A stretch of 63,463 bases of DNA, counting the filler, from Ministeria vibrans ATCC 50519 (Eukaryota; Protista; Filasterea), in NCBI GenBank assembly GCA_943704425.1. It is 6 parts of 6 records of this genome, joined end to end, with 100 filler letters (N's around TTAATTAATTAA, not from the genome) between each part and the next. Parts side by side here need not be neighbours in the genome. Positions count along the whole stretch, not along the records: positions 29,065 to 44,687 come from CALSCP010002399.1; positions 44,788 to 52,733 come from CALSCP010002152.1; 4 more parts are not named here. The stretch is one strand, 5' to 3'. The notes under the pieces are model-generated. The model was not told the DNA's origin and did not search any database. It saw only the letters and a list, made by a program, of their open reading frames with translations. Numbering within the stretch: position 1 is the stretch's first letter; each line of letters starts with the position of its first letter. Below are positions 38,400 to 49,553 of this stretch, piece by piece. A program made the translations under genes and the position numbers.

Positions 38400-38750
38400 T
38401 AAGAAGAAGAAGAAGAATTTAACCAATAATTAATTATTAATGATAATATTATAGGCACACAGGCAGACCGCTTTGCAAACTCAACCAAAACTCTAGATGT
38501 AACATGGCAGAACAGTGGCAGGTCAGAGTGCTGTGTCGACGCTATCCAGTGAGGCAATTGCAATGGTACGCCATACCCCCAGTGGAGGCTTAGGGCTCTG
38601 ACACCATGAAGGTGTCTGTCGGCAAGGAGTGTAAAGTCGAAGTCGTGGTTGAAACAATCGGTTCGGTGGTCGGCGGCGGCAAGGTCAGGTGGCTGCGGGG
38701 CGCTCCCGTGGTAACACGGGCAAGGCAGGGCGGCTGCAGGGCGGCTAAGA
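38400..38750 (-). mobile_element. 5'-truncated LINE-like 3' end, longest copy in the window
   Basis: Open frame ...LPCPCYHG...DHRTDC...VRALSLHWGYG...VEFAKRSAC followed by a degenerate AATAA and (TTC)n tail; homologous to copies at 38833, 39741, 55212 and 60193. Confidence 0.55.
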
Positions 38751-38832
38751 AGAATACAGACAACCTTAATAAACTAATAAGAATAATTAATTTTACGTAA
38801 GTTTGACATCTCTCGACTCTCTATTTATTTTC

Positions 38833-39150
38833 TGTCAGAGCCCTAAGCCTCCTCTGGGGGTATGGCGTACTATTGCGATTGCCTCACTGGACAGCGTCGA
38901 CACAGCACTATGACCTGCCACTGTTCTCCCATGTTACCTCTAGAGTTTCGGTTGAGTTTGCAAGGCGGTCTGCCTGTGTCTTCGCGTGGTGACTGTATCA
39001 TTAATAAATGGGTTGTATTCTTCTTCTTCTATNNNNNNNNTGTTCTCCCATGTTACCTCTAGAGTTTCGGTTGAGTTTGCAAGGCGGTCTGCCTGTGTCT
39101 TCGCGTGGTGACTGTATCATTAATAAATGGGTTGTATTCTTCTTCTTCTA
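38833..39150 (+). mobile_element. Second copy of the same element in inverted orientation (39041-39150 is probably an assembly overlap duplicate)
   Basis: Reverse-complement match to 38454-38603; ORF end ...RRSACVFAW*, then AATAAA and (TTC)n. Confidence 0.6.
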
Positions 39151-39740
39151 TTTATTTTCTGTATCATGAATAAATGGGTGACGTTTTATACTTTCTCTTC
39201 TAGAAATTATTAGCTTCTTAAATAAATTTATTTATTATTATTAGTATTATTTTTATTATTATTATTATTATTATTATTGTATTCTTCTTCTTCTTATTAT
39301 TATTACTTTTACTTTTGAGTAACTTCTACTTACTCCTTCCACCGCGCAGCCGACAGCACTAGTCTTTGGCCTCGGATCACAGAACACCGACATGATCATG
39401 AGTTAGAGTACCTTAAATATGCATGGAGACGTTGGAAACCCTCCGAGTACATCCCCCTGAGGACTTTAATTTCTGCGACGGTTATCTAAGGTAAAACAAT
39501 AATAATAATAATTATTATCATGTACCAAAAGATGATGACACTGCCGACCATCGGCGGGTATTGTTCGCAGTATGTCGCAACAAATATATCCATTAATAGT
39601 GCACTGCATGTCGCTCAAGTAATACTTCATCCCCACGACCAGTACGGCGACAGAGCGCTATTTTTGATCGATAAAATAATTATTATTAGTTTATAACAAT
39701 AATAATAATAATAATAATAATAATTATTATTATTATTATT

Positions 39741-39825
39741 AGAAGAAGAAGAATACAACCCATTTATTAATGATACAGTCACCACGCAAAGACACAGCCA
39801 GACCGCCTTGTAAACTCAACCGAAA
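39741..39825 (-). repeat. Short 3'-end copy of the same element
   Basis: AGAAGAAGAAGAATACAACCCATTTATTAATGATACAGTCACCACGC...AAACTCAACCGAAA. Confidence 0.7.
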
Positions 39826-40635
39826 TTATTAATAATATTACTTAGTAGCAAATTGTGTGCTCACCTAAAGCCCCGACATCTCTGCCCCTGACAACTTTAC
39901 ATGACCACACTTACAAAGTAGTACTTACTGTTCACTGCTCAGGCGCTCAATGTCCCAAAAGAATTGCGAACAGTACAAGGCGATGGTGGCCCGGCCGGAA
40001 CCCCGCGGGCGCAAGTGGGTGTGTCCCTTCACCAGCCGGATTTTCGTGTAAGGAAAAACAAAGGCAGACTCTTCGCGAATCAGACCATCCGCAAGCATGG
40101 GAACGAGACTGCCGGCTCAAGCAAGAAGGCCAAAGTGGTCCAAGACCCGCTCTTGCAGCTGACAAGCTTTAATAGGATAGAGCGCAAAGCTGAATAATCA
40201 TTAATGACAGCAGAGCGAGTTCAGAGCGAGAAGGGAGAAATGAAGGAGAAATAGATATGTTTGTGTTTGAATGGCTTTGGACGACAGGCGGAGGTCGTTA
40301 GACTTATGGCATATGGGCCTTATGGGGGTCTTTGAAGGCCTCCCATTGAAGCCAAACCGAAGAACTTTGGCCTGATTTTGGAGGTCTTTGGGACGACTGG
40401 ATGACTTTGCGGGGATGTAGGTTATATTCTTTGGATGACTTTGCGGGACTTTTGAAGTTCATGACAGAATGTCATTGGATCGAAAGCGAGATATCCAAGA
40501 TTGGTATATAAGTTATGACTGTCAGCAGTGCCGATCGGCAAGCTGAAATCGGCATGAGGGCGGCATGACTGCTGGATGACATTGAATAGGAAAAGATAAC
40601 GTTCTAATCACACATGACTGATCACTCTTTTAACC

Positions 40636-42067
40636 ATGTCCCAACTCACTCTCGACCACAACATCCAATTGCTTCCTCGGCTCAACGAACCCGCCTCGCT
40701 CTGGCGCTACTTCCTCGTGTGCACCGAGACGCCGCGCCCCAGTCACAATCTCGATGGATTTCGCAAACGTCTCTTCGCGATTGCGCGCGAACACAAATGC
40801 GACGTGGAAAGCGACGACGCAGGCAACGTCGTCATTCGCAAGGCCGGGGTGGGCACCCAGTCCGTGTGTGTCCAGTGCCACATGGATATGGTCACCAGGT
40901 AACGCGTGTGTGCCGCACTGCACTGCAAAACACTGAAACGTCCTTCGCCAGCAAAAACGACGACGTCTCGTTTGACTTTGCAAAGCAGCCCATCCTGACC
41001 GATATTGTCGCGGCGGACGACGGCCAGCACTGGCTCAAGGCTCGTGGCACTACGCTGGGTGCCGACGACGGCATTGGGGCGGCAGCGTGGTACGGAATTG
41101 CCCTCACTCCAATTCCCTCTGTGACGTCTTCCCTTCTCGCTTTGACAGTCTCGCTCTCCTCGACGAAGACTCGGTGGCCCTTGGGCTTCCGCCTCTTGAG
41201 CTACTCTTTACTGCCGATGAGGAGACCACGATGGGCGGCGCAGAGAACATTTCAGCGTCTCTCTTACAATCCAAAGTCCGTCAATGTGTCCCACCTCAGT
41301 CAGTGTGCTCACCCCCATCCCGTTCTTTGGCAGATCATGATCAACGTCGACAGCGAAGACGAAAATGAAATTTGCATTGGGTGCGCGGGTGGGTTTGAGC
41401 AGACACTGCATCGGCCGCTGAGCCGCAGCCACATTGATCGCTCTGAGTCGCAATCGCTCGTCCAATGTGCTCTCGTGGGCTTCCAAGGGGGTCATACAGG
41501 CGCACAGATCCACGAGTACCGCGCTCACCCCTTCAAACTGGCCGCGAGGATTCTACGCAATGCCCTCATCGACACACACACTGAGCTCTCTTTAGTGTCT
41601 TTCTCTGGAGGCACTGCCGTCAACTCAATCCCTCGCGAGTGCTCCTTCTCCTTCCTTATCCCTTCCAAATCCCTCCCTCAGTTTCTCACTGCCACCGAAT
41701 ATCACCTCAATCTTATCAAACAAGGTAAACTTTAAAGTGAAGATACGTCCAGTTCGACAAATGACGCCTTATTCCACAACTTTTTGCAGAATACGCTGCG
41801 AGTGAGAGCGAGATCACTCTTAAAACAAACACTAGCTCCACCAGTAGCGATGCACTCCCCCCCTTCGCTGTGTCGCCCGCGGAGTCTCTCTCGCTGCTCT
41901 CTTTTCTCACTCATGTGCCCCATGGCGTTCTGCGCATTCACCCCACCGTTCCCAATCTTGGTAATTAGTCTGAGACACTCACTAACAATGCTCTTACATC
42001 GTTCCACTCTTCCTATGACTTTCTTTCTCTCCCTCTGTCACTTTGCTTTCTCTCCCTCTGTCACTTT

Positions 42068-42161
<94 letters not shown>

Positions 42162-42594
42162 CAACTTACCTAAACTAAACTCACCCTTCCTTTCTAACTC
42201 ACTCGAACGTATTTACTAGTCGAGCTCTCTTGCGCCTTTTCTATTGTTGAATTGAAGGAACACGAGATGTTCTGTCATCTCTTTCCGCGCTCCTCATCAA
42301 ATTCTCTGCAGGACAATGTCCGTCATGATATCGACTCCTTTGCGACTCTCTCAGGTGAGTCAGTCACTCACACACTCACTGACACAGACAGACTCACGTG
42401 CACTACTTTTTTTTTATAGGATGCACTGCAAGTGCACCCTTCAATCCATTTCCCGGCTGGCAGCCCGATCTGTCCTCCGCAGCTCTTGCAGTGGTCCGCT
42501 CTGCCTTTAGCTGTGTCAACTCTCCGCGCCTCCCACACGTCTACGCCGTTCACGCTGGTCTTGAGTGCGGTCTTATTCAAAAGGTACACAACAC

Positions 42595-42640
<46 letters not shown>

Positions 42641-42937
42641 ATAGATATAAATTATAATTTATATAATAATAATTTATAATAATAATTATTATTATATATA
42701 CACAGAGGGAAAAGACATACACGCACACTCACTCCTCACTCACTCATGCATTTCTCCCATCTCTCTCACCTCCCTCATTCCCTCACACGCTCTCAGGTCT
42801 ACCCTGAGATGGACTGCGTCTCCATTGGACCAACCGTCCTTGGAGCACATTCGCCCGACGAGCGACTACACATTGAGTCAGTTCCCCGTTTCTATCAAGT
42901 CCTCTTGGAATCCCTTAAAGCATTCACAAAGATCTAA
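40636..42937 (+). CDS. pepD: PepD-type aminoacyl-histidine dipeptidase (M20C), multi-exon
   Basis: PRPSH, DDAGNV, QCHMDMV, GTTLGADDGIG, FTADEET.MGGA, NVDSEDE, GCAGG, GGHTG, FPGWQP, HAGLECG, SIGP...AHSPDE. Confidence 0.93.
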
Positions 42938-43289
42938 TCCCGTTAATACACACACAAGCCCTAATACTAAAGGCATTTTCATGATAATAAATATTATTGT
43001 TATTATTAATATGGGTGAGACTAAGTTTACTCACGGAGAAGAGTGTATAAAGCAATGAAGAATATGACAATGCTCATTACATTGGCGAGCCCCAAGAAAA
43101 TTGAGCACCGATAGACCCACAAATACGCTCTCGTGTCCGAGTGTACGAAGAATTCGAGGATATGGAGGATAATAATAAAATTGATACTATAAACTTGGCA
43201 TTGTATTGGTGATATTTACTAGAGACACTTCAAACCCTCTCTTTCTCTCTCTATCGCTCTTTCTCCCTCTCATTCTCTCATTACATGAC

Positions 43290-44687
43290 TTATTCCCATA
43301 CAGCATTGGCTCGCGCAACAGCGGGATCCTCACTGACGTCCGTATGCGCCAAATTATCGTCGAGCTCGGAAAGAGCCTCCATGGCCATATTACGCATGGG
43401 AATAGAGTCCTCGTCGCCAAAAGCGGGTTTTGAGCTTCCCTTGCGTGTGAATAGCCCACGAACAACGTCCATGCTAGTCACACTAGTGCCCCGACGTCCT
43501 GAGAGACGTGCGCCTGCGCCACTGCTTTCAGAGCCTCCGTCCTCCCGAACTCGAGACAGGCGCGCGGCAACGGGAGACGTCATGGGACTGGCAGGAGGTG
43601 AGTCGACAAGCGACACCCTGTTCGAGTTGGTCAGGCTGGCGCGCAAACGTCCAAAGATGGACGGTGAACGTACATCTCGGCGCAGAATCTTATCTTTCGT
43701 ACGCATCGTCAAATGCGCTGGCACACCCTGCTCGTTGCCAGTCGAAAGTGTATCATTCGGCAAAAGCACGATCTCCGAACGGTTCTGCCAATCGGGGACA
43801 AACCGCGACGTTCCATCGCCCGTTACCAAACTAGCCTCACCCATGTCAATAGTGGGCACTTGCGCAAAGTTCGGGTTGGATCCCCCATGGCTCGACTTGC
43901 GACGGCCATATCGCGACAGCAGACCTGACCCCGTCACCGTCGCAGGGCCCATAAGGGACTTTTTGCGACGGTCGTCGCGATCCTCATACAGCACTCCCTG
44001 ATGGTACAGGCCACAGCACTTTAGACAAATCAAAATAAAGCGAGGAAGCTGCAGCAGAAACCAGCCCACCATGACCGCCCAGTGCACCCAGATGATCGAC
44101 GTTGTAAGGTGCTGACGTGCGTCCATGTCCACCTCGTACTTGTTCAGGAACAAACAAGTCAAAAGGATCATAACAATCACGGAGAAGAGGCTGACCCATA
44201 TCTCAGTGATGAAGAATAGCAGTGACACAAACGGCCGGTAATACAGCACCAGTGCCAAATACACAATGTAGACAATGACCACACACACAAACTGTGTCAC
44301 AGCAGTCACATTAAATGTCAGAGCAAATGCTCCGACAAAACACCCCACAAGAATCTTCCGTACATACACCGCAATGTAGAACCAGCGGTGCTCGTCCGTG
44401 TACATCAGGTAAGACATGCCAATACACCGCTGTCGCGACAGCTCCACACGGACCTTTTCAGTGCGCGCCTGCAGCATTGCCGGGTCTTCCGGAATAATGT
44501 CGGGCGCCACCGAGTCCAGTGTGCCACGACGACGCATCCAATAGACATAAAACCCAAACACAAACAGCGTCCATCCCAACGTGAAGATGGTCAAAAACAG
44601 ACGGAACTGCGCACCGCTGTCGCTCATGTTGATGCGCGGGTCGCGTGACATCATTGCCAGCTGATATGTCCCCGCAATCCACAGACC
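43290..44687 (-). CDS. TRP-like (fungal FLC/PKD2-type) multipass membrane protein, C-terminal part
   Basis: G..Y..Y...RWF...VRKIL.G, QF..V...YL...YRPF pattern; about 6 TM segments then a disordered tail. Confidence 0.7.
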   Translation of the reverse strand, partial: GLWIAGTYQLAMMSRDPRINMSDSGAQFRLFLTIFTLGWTLFVFGFYVYWMRRRGTLDSVAPDIIPEDPAMLQARTEKVRVELSRQRCIGMSYLMYTDEHRWFYIAVYVRKILVGCFVGAFALTFNVTAVTQFVCVVIVYIVYLALVLYYRPFVSLLFFITEIWVSLFSVIVMILLTCLFLNKYEVDMDARQHLTTSIIWVHWAVMVGWFLLQLPRFILICLKCCGLYHQGVLYEDRDDRRKKSLMGPATVTGSGLLSRYGRRKSSHGGSNPNFAQVPTIDMGEASLVTGDGTSRFVPDWQNRSEIVLLPNDTLSTGNEQGVPAHLTMRTKDKILRRDVRSPSIFGRLRASLTNSNRVSLVDSPPASPMTSPVAARLSRVREDGGSESSGAGARLSGRRGTSVTSMDVVRGLFTRKGSSKPAFGDEDSIPMRNMAMEALSELDDNLAHTDVSEDPAVARANAVWE

Positions 44688-45384
44688 NNNNNNNNNNNNN
44701 NNNNNNNNNNNNNNNNNNNNNNNNNNNNNNNTTAATTAATTAANNNNNNNNNNNNNNNNNNNNNNNNNNNNNNNNNNNNNNNNNNNNTTCTGTGCAAGGT
44801 ATTTCTAACATGACAACATTTTCATGCGCATGTCTTGGTATTCTATTTAATGAGCCATGTATTATTTTCGTGTATATATATACTTTTTCTGCGCAACAAG
44901 TATAATAATTATATTCTTCCTTAGTGGCAACTCCATAATGTGAGCCGTAGGGTAGCTGATTTAACGGTTTCTACTCTGTTTTTTTAAGAAAGAAAGAAAA
45001 ACAGGAATCGGATAAGAAGAAGAATTGAAAAGCATTCGAAAACGCTTGAAAGACTTTACTCCGTACGAAGGTCTCGTACGAAATGTAGTAACTGTACGAA
45101 ATGTGGTAACTTCAATGAATAAATCGCTACAGCGCCCACAACATAGTCAGACTTTTCTTCTTCGAGCCAGGTATTGCACAGGGCAGTGCCCCAAGGATAA
45201 TGAGGCGAAAGAGTGTTTTGGTAGATGTAAAAGGGGCTGATTTCTGAGTGTTTACAAAAAAAAACGACCGTTGGCCCCCGCTCATTTTTCGCTTCGGGGT
45301 GCCCGCTGTATTTTTGGCTGCCCGCCGCAGGGAAGAGGTCTGTGACTGTTTATTGTACTAAAACCTCCACGCATTTTCGATTAG

Positions 45385-47112
45385 AGCGACTCCGAGAGCG
45401 AGAATGGCAGTGGAGACGAAATTGGTTCTGAAACGCAACACTTGTCGAAACAGCTCAAACGAACGCCCGCCCAAAGGCGTGAGTATCGCCTAAAATCGGG
45501 TGTTACGCGCTCTGACAAGAAGGGCAGACCAGCCTTGTTGTCTCTTGACAGGCTCCGCGCTCTCAGCGACTACGTAGACGTGCGTGCGAACTGTGGATGG
45601 CCTTTGCGTCCTGTTGAGCTTGACATTGCTCTCGCTCTGCTAACCGACCAGCCTAAAGTGTCGGAGCGCACCCATCGCACCGCTATGGCGCACCTACACT
45701 CCACCGGGTACGCTGTGCGCGCGGCGAAGGTGAAGAAAAAGAACAAGGATGGCCCCAGTGTGGACAGACTTGCGGACTCGTTTGACGACTACAAAACGAT
45801 GTTTGAGCGACACGCAGCAGACGAGCCAGGCTTTGGCCCCCGACGCGTACTCGTTGTGGACGAGACTAGTCTTGCAATGGAGACGGCAAATGCGGGTGGT
45901 GGCGAGCCTTCTGTCATTGTGCGACGCTCATCTGGGCAGAGAATCACGCTACCTGGCATTGAGAAGGGTGCGCTTCCGTCGTGCACCTACGTGTCTGTCG
46001 TGAACCTGCTGGGTGAGACCGTGTGCCACGGGTTCGTCTTCAAACGACGCATGTGGGTGGCTAAGGACTTCACTCGACAGTTCATACTCTGCCAGGGCGA
46101 GCACGCCTGCCTCTCGTTCGACGGGAAGGATGTGCTCGTCATCGGCAACGAGACTGGAAAGTTCTCGACGGACGACTACCATTTGTTCGTCGACTTTTCT
46201 CTGGCCCGCGCCCGTCTCAAGCTTGCACACTCGACTTCAGACTCGTTCATTTATGTCTAGGACAACGCGCCCGCCCACGAGGCCGACACGCTGCTCGACG
46301 AGACGTTTGCGACTCATCAAGCATCATGTGTCACGCTCGGTGGCGGCGTGACGGGCCTCATCCAGATTCACGATGTTGCACTGTTTGGTGGCTTTAAGCA
46401 CCGTGTCAAGACAGCTATGCTCAACCTGCGATCTGTGCTCTGTTTCACCGAGGCACAGCTGGGCGACCACTACGAGCTGACGATCATTTCGCCCGAGCAT
46501 CGTGCGCGTCAAAAAAAGTGGCTTGCAAACCCGACACACTACCAGGACGAGTTGGTCGCGGACGCCCATGCACGACTCCGAGGACACGATCCAAACATCA
46601 CCGTGCGGGAGATGGTTGTGCTTGGTGTGACTGACTGGCGACAGATGCTGGTGGAGCGCCCGAACCGCATCGTGGACGCCGCGGCCTTCCTCGGGTATTA
46701 TCCGCTCTCGATTGAGAAGTGGTTGGCGACGATGACAAACAAGAAGGAGCCCATCCACAAGCTCTTGGCAGCGGAGAAGGCGAAAGCACAAGCAGCGGGT
46801 GGCTTCACCAAGCTGCCTATTGACGCGCAAGAAGAGGATGCGAATGAGGAGGAGGAAGAAGAGGAGGAGGTATTTGGAGTTGAACCGGTTGCATACCAAT
46901 TGGAGCTCTCTGGCGTCCATCCTCGCTCTCCTAATTCACTCTCGGAGAGTGACCGCCAGCTCCTCCTACTCCACGGTGTGATGAAGACACTGTGCACCAA
47001 TTACGTGCCTGTGAGTGAGAGGCTCAGCACTGCATCTGTGCTCAGAGAGTGCATTGGTTTTTTCCAGTCGAAAATGCGTTGCAGCCATTTGAGACGATTC
47101 ACCGGCCAGTAG
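45385..47112 (+). pseudogene. Transposase A (pogo-like DD36D) with an in-frame TAG at 46258-46260; main exon begins after the AG at 45383-84
   Basis: GRPALLS HTH, VDETSL, YV*DNAPAH, IQIHDVALFGGFK; colinear with transposase B across the stop. Confidence 0.8.
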
Positions 47113-48511
47113 CCCGCGAGTGCCGCCACGTCCACCACGCGATTGACTTTCTCCTTCTCCAACACTCGCTTCCAGACGCGCACAGCCATGTTGACAATTT
47201 CTCGGGGGGTCATGGAGCCGTCGGTGTGCCCAAGGCGCTCGTAGCAGTCGTTGACGAGATGCGCCATGTTCTTCTCAACATCCGTGAGCCACGCGTCTTG
47301 ACGTGCGCGTCTCTCCGGGTCCACGAGCGTCAGCACGTACTCTTCATCGAGCGCATACTCGAAGCTCGACAGGACGTTGTGTACGGCAAGCATGGCGCGT
47401 TTCATGGCGACCTTGAACGGGCCNNNNNNNNTTCCGGGTCCACGAGCGTCAGCACGTACTCTTCATCGAGCGCATACTCGAAGCTCGACAGGACGTTGTG
47501 TACGGCAAGCATGGCGCGTTTCATGGCGACCTTGAACGGGCCAAAGAGACCAATGTCGTGGAGCTGGACGAGGGGCGTCACACCGCCCGCAAGCATCACC
47601 AGACTCGTTCGGTGCGTTGCAGCGGCGGCGAGTAGCTCGCGCGTGTCCCCATGTGCTGGGGCACTGTCGTGGACATAGATCATCTCGTCTGCGGTGGTTG
47701 CGGCCAGCGTCTTTCGCGCAGCGTCCAGAGCGAACTCGACGAAAATGTGGTAGTCGTTCTGCGTGAATTTGCCCGTCTCGTTGCCGATCATAATGATGTG
47801 CTCGTCCTTGAGACTGATGACACTATGGCGTCCAGTGTTGAATCTGTGCTTGCGCGCAAAGTCCCCTTGACTCCATTGGCGCCGCTGAAACACAAACCCG
47901 TAGCAAACGGTGACGCCGGTGAGCGAGACGACGTTGATGAAGGTGCACGACGGCAGTGCACCCTTCTCCATGCCTGGCACGACAATCCGCCCGTTCACTG
48001 ACCGCGGCACGTACACAACAGGTGCACCACCGCCAGCATTGGCTGTCTCCATCGCGAGCGACGTTTCGTCGGCGACGAGAATCAAATGAGGGCCGAACGC
48101 CGTCGACTTCTTCGTCGCCTCATTGACGGCGAACTCATACGCCGTAAACGACTCGCCCACACGCGTCGGATCGCCGACCGACTTCGCCTTTTTCGCCGAT
48201 TCTCCCTTCCTAGCAGTCACCCCATGCTTCTTAAAGTATGCTTTGGCGACGCGGCATTGGTGGTCCGTCGCACGACGACCAGTCAAGCGTTCAATCAACA
48301 AAGCCAACTCTTGCGGACGTACCGGCAACCCCTGGTCGAGTCGGAGCGCAACAATCGCACACAGAGTACGCAGATGCTCATCCGAGAGCACCATAGGCCG
48401 ACCCACTCGATCCTGATGCGTGCGTCCCGTTTTTCGGCGGTATTCTCTGAAGTATTGTGCCGACAAATAAGGCGCTTTTTGTGGCACCTCCGAATCTGAC
48501 TCGTCACGACC
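47001..48511 (-). CDS. Transposase B (pogo-like DD36D), apparently intact; the break at 47424-47431 is an assembly overlap; first exon upstream uncertain
   Basis: GRPMVLS HTH, ADETSL, YVHDSAPAH, VQLHDIGLFGPFK; 47314-47423 is duplicated at 47433-47542. Confidence 0.85.
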
Positions 48512-49553
48512 CTATACCATGCACAATTGTCACAACACCCTAACCCCCCTCTCACACAACCCATTGACGACGTCCGCAGCGTTCCTCGACGACGGGTGGG
48601 CGTCTTGGGAGATTGCGCGCGAGACAACCAACGGTCGTCGAACCATGATCCGCAATGACGCGCCTACCGACTGATCTGCCTCCATGGACACCTAGATATG
48701 GTCACGATACACACGTCCAGGGAAAGAGAAATGACTGATCATGAAGGGGCGCGTTGCAGGGCGCTTTTCAAATATGTAGCATGTATTCAGTGTGTAGCAA
48801 ATATTCAGGCGAACCTCCGTACGGAGTACACAACTCGTCTCGTTTCATTGTTTCTCATCTATGTGTTGTGGACGTTCATCTGTCTGTTACTCACGGCTTG
48901 ATGCCATTGCGGCAGAGTACGGAGAAGGAACAGTTTCACACCCTAGACGCACACTTTCCGTCCTTTGTTCGCGAGATTGTTTTTGTTCTTACTGCACTCG
49001 ACCTCGCTCCTCCGGGCTCCGGTATGGTTTCATGGCTTTCACCTTTTTCAGTGTTTTCCACCTTTTATATCCGCGTAAGTATGTGTTTCTCTCGTGAGTG
49101 GCCAGGATGGAAGCCCTCGCTTCTCTCCCTGGGATGCCAGATAGAGATTTTTCGCGAACAGTTTCGTCAATTCTCACTTCAACAAATATTCGTTTCAGCG
49201 CTTACCGTCTCCTGCCGTGCCCCTGTAGGGATATATAAGTTGTTTATTATCACAATTGAGTGAACGGCGTGGTTGTAGGGTGCGGGGATTTTGAGTGGTG
49301 GGCATTCTCGCTTATTTTGCGATTGCCGAGATTGTCGTTTTGGTGCATGGTATCGCCTGCCGTGCTCATGTAGGGGTGTAGGTGTGGTATGTAAGGTGTA
49401 TGGTGCAAACGGTGTGGTGGCAGAGTGCGGGAAATTTTGCGTGATGGCCGTGATGTGATTTTGGTACTTTGGTTGTTGTACTTACTCGATACGTTTCTCT
49501 CTTACAGCTCTTCTGCGTCCTATTACCGTTGAGAATTCTGCGGTGTATTAAGA

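Larger units (their letters stand above)
45059..48826. mobile_element. pogo-like (IS630/Tc1/mariner) DNA transposon carrying two convergent transposase genes
   Basis: TA at 45057-58 and 48827-28; terminal inverted 14-mers CTCCGTACGAAGGT and CTCCGTACGGAGGT (13/14 match); each followed by two 18-bp direct repeats. Confidence 0.75.

Noticed and set aside
38594-38608. CA-TGGTGTCAGAGC (minus strand), resembling an LTR end plus tRNA-iMet primer binding site
   Set aside because: It lies inside a continuous reading frame, there is no second LTR or gag/pol, and the copies share a tailed 3' end; a LINE interpretation fits better
38833-39032. Possible hammerhead/retrozyme or snRNA in the repeat
   Set aside because: No CTGANGA core or Sm-site pattern was found by eye
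46258-46260. TAG as evidence of an alternative genetic code or as an intron acceptor
   Set aside because: TAG terminates other genes here (RPA49, the Roco-caspase, SH3YL1), and the upstream sequence is colinear coding with paralog B
47314-47542. 110-bp direct repeat and frameshift in transposase B
   Set aside because: Exact duplicate flanking a tiny N gap, i.e. an unmerged contig overlap; the same pattern appears at 26523 and 39033
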